A model generated the notes under the pieces. The model had not been told where the DNA came from. It did not search any database and saw nothing but the letters and a program-made list of their open reading frames with translations. Position numbers and translations under genes: made by a program. This document shows, piece after piece, positions 61,977 to 64,000 of a stretch of DNA of 64,000 nucleotides. Numbering within the stretch: position 1 is the first letter of the stretch; each line of letters opens with the position of its first letter. The stretch comes from Tubulanus polymorphus (Eukaryota > Animalia > Nemertea). Location of the stretch: assembly GCF_964204645.1 (NCBI RefSeq), contig NC_134030.1:293355-357354 (forward strand). The letters are read 5' to 3'.

Positions 61977-63153
61977 ATGAATAAAACACTATTTCTCGTT
62001 GCGTTGGGTATGTACACAGTTAGGGTAAGGGTTTATCTCAGAGGTATGGAGTTAGTAGGAGGGTCAGGGCTTAGGGGACTGAACCGAAGGTTTGGAGTCC
62101 CCCCACTAGTGCACGGGAAGCGGGTTATCCCTGTAAAAAAGTAGTAAGAGTTAATTGTTGTAGTGAGGCGGTCTACGGGACGTTGATGCCTCGGGGCGTG
62201 TTCGTGTCGAGTCGTCGTATCCAGTCTTGTTCGGCTGCTTCGCGGATCGGTCTCGTGGAACCTGGTAGGTGTTGGAGACCGTACACCCGAAAGTGTTCGC
62301 GGGTGCGGTAACTCCAATCACCGCGAGGCGTCTCCGGGGGGTTGGCGGTTAGGTCTCCTCTCACAAGAATATTTGAAAAAAAGGATCATTTTCTGAGCAT
62401 CTTTATCGGGGTGGATCTGGGGAAATCCGCTAAATCCGCCCCTATTTATAGCGGTTCTGAGATCGACCACAGGTTCATGTGCCCTTTTCTATTTTCGTAT
62501 AATGAAGTGTTGTTTGTGTTTCTAGCATTGTAGCACGCGCCGGGTTTAGTGCGGGTGGTTTTCCCTTGTAAAATAAAGAATTTTGACCATGGCTTTATAT
62601 AAAAAAGGATATTTTGATGATTAAAAGGGGTCCGAGTCAAATACCTCCCCCCTCCCCCTCATAAATCCGCCCAAGCTCGCAGGGGTTCAGTGCATTAAGC
62701 GGGACATTCATTAAGGGTGCAGTCATTAAGGGGAGGCAGTCATTAAGGGGGCAGTCATTGAGGGGGTCAGTTATCTATTTTCGACAATATTAAGTTTATT
62801 TCTTAAGTAGTCAATAAAGTTTTTAGGTGAATTTGTTGAGGTCTTTTTATTCATAACTAATTTTCATAACTGTTTAGTTAATGCTAGTTTCTTTCTCTGT
62901 TGATATAGTGTTATCAGTGGTGATGAATGCTCATGGTTTTGACTGGCCCGGAGAGAGTGTGGTTAGAGAATCTTGTGAGAAAAATGTGTGCAACACAATT
63001 AACACCGATACGTGTGTGAAGGATTGCCTGTACGCGGTGAGAACTCATCACGAATGTCAAGGTCACGACACCACTGATAATATAGTCGGCTGTACCGGGT
63101 ATATGATCGTTACAAGGTTGAACAATGTGAGGAATAAACTCAAAGCCGCATAA
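61977..63153 (+). CDS. Secreted 91-aa six-cysteine peptide, parborlysin/cytolysin-A-like; 2 exons
   Basis: Exon 1 61977-62007 (MNKTLFLVAL+G|gtatgt) and exon 2 62909-63153 (ctttctctgttgatatag|TG). A phase-1 intron splits the signal peptide MNKTLFLVALVLSVVMNAHG. Mature peptide has C-x4-C-x7-C-x3-C-x9-C-x11-C. AATAAA near 63181. Confidence 0.75.
62173..62340 (-). mobile_element. Penelope-like GIY-YIG endonuclease C-terminal fragment
   Basis: REAAEQDWIRRLDTNTPRGIN matches the E-x2-WI-x2-L-x-T-x2-P-x-G-(L/I)-N end of PLE GIY-YIG domains; it lies inside the peptide gene's intron. Confidence 0.7.
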
Positions 63154-63261
63154 ACAAAAATGATGTAAAGAAATTTCAGAAATAAAGATAACGATGAAAA
63201 TTGAAATTATAGAAATTACTTCAATTTATTCTTTTAATGCTGCGGAGTTTACTATGACTAA

Positions 63262-63607
63262 GTATCAGTGATTACTGGGTTCGAACCCGGGACACCCGTG
63301 TACATCCTCTCTTCAACATCAGGACCACTCTGAATCAGTATCAGTGATTACTGGGTTCGAACCCGGGACACCCGTGTACATCCTCTCTTCAACATCAGGA
63401 CCACTCTGAATCAGTATCAGTAATTACTGGATTCGAACCCAGGACACCCGTGTACATCCTCTCTTCAACATCAGGACCACTCTGAATCAGTATCAGTGAT
63501 TACTGGGTTCGAACCCGGGACACCCCTGTACATCCTCTCTTCAACATCAGGACCACTCTGAATCAGTATCAGTAATTACTGGATTCGAACCCGGGACACT
63601 CTTGTAC
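63262..63607. repeat. 76-bp satellite, inverted orientation
   Basis: Reverse complement of the 7654-8350 unit. Confidence 0.9.
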
Positions 63608-63644
63608 ACACTCGCCACTGATCTAGTGTTAGTAAACCATGCTA

Positions 63645-63831
63645 TACGGTGCTGCCGCTATGATCGACATTAGCGGATTTTGCATAAACTAACACGAACT
63701 GACTCTGGCAGTAGACTCTCCTTGATTCCCAGAGTCGATTCACGTTAGTGTATGAAAAATCCGCTTATGTTGAGCATAGCGGCAGCACCGGACGGTGTAG
63801 TGGGCAGCACGTCTCAATTTTCTCAGTTGAT
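63645..63831 (-). mobile_element. Hairpin MITE-like element (copy 2, inverted)
   Basis: Reverse complement of 58016-58201 with few mismatches. Confidence 0.75.
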
Positions 63832-64000
63832 CAGAGGCGTTTTTACGAGCATCCGATTTTTGCGATCGATTTCGTGAACGATTTGCTCCGATCGTACGAT
63901 CGAATCGAATGTTCGTAAAAATGACGATGGATTTGGCTAATCACATGACATAAATATGGCGACGTTGAGGAAAAAAATGTATGGTTTTGAACTACCCGGT

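Overview
Eukaryotic invertebrate genomic DNA. It is probably lophotrochozoan, and two toxin-like peptides hint at a nemertean (inference only). 1-22 kb: a tandem array of seven intronless rhodopsin-class GPCR copies on the minus strand (six intact, one disrupted by a TIR element plus two frameshifts) showing patchwork sequence exchange, plus a 5'-truncated GPCR of another subfamily. 22-26 kb: a four-exon Msxlx homeobox gene, followed by an ~11 kb repeat-rich stretch with no recognisable gene that includes a foldback-like element and a tRNA-derived SINE. 37.8-42.5 kb: U2AF1 (8 exons). 44.8-48 kb: a secreted VWA-domain protein. Then tRNA-Arg(TCT), another GPCR, an orphan frameshifted exon encoding an anemone-toxin/beta-defensin-like peptide, UBXN4 (10 coding exons, one U12-type intron), Penelope remnants (a hammerhead-containing palindrome and a GIY-YIG fragment) and a two-exon 91-aa secreted six-cysteine peptide with parborlysin/cytolysin-A-like spacing. 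A recurring oddity is tandem duplication of exon 3' ends together with their splice donors, in both U2AF1 and UBXN4. Gene models were built by hand from GT-AG boundaries and reading phase. Family assignments come from remembered motifs, not database searches.
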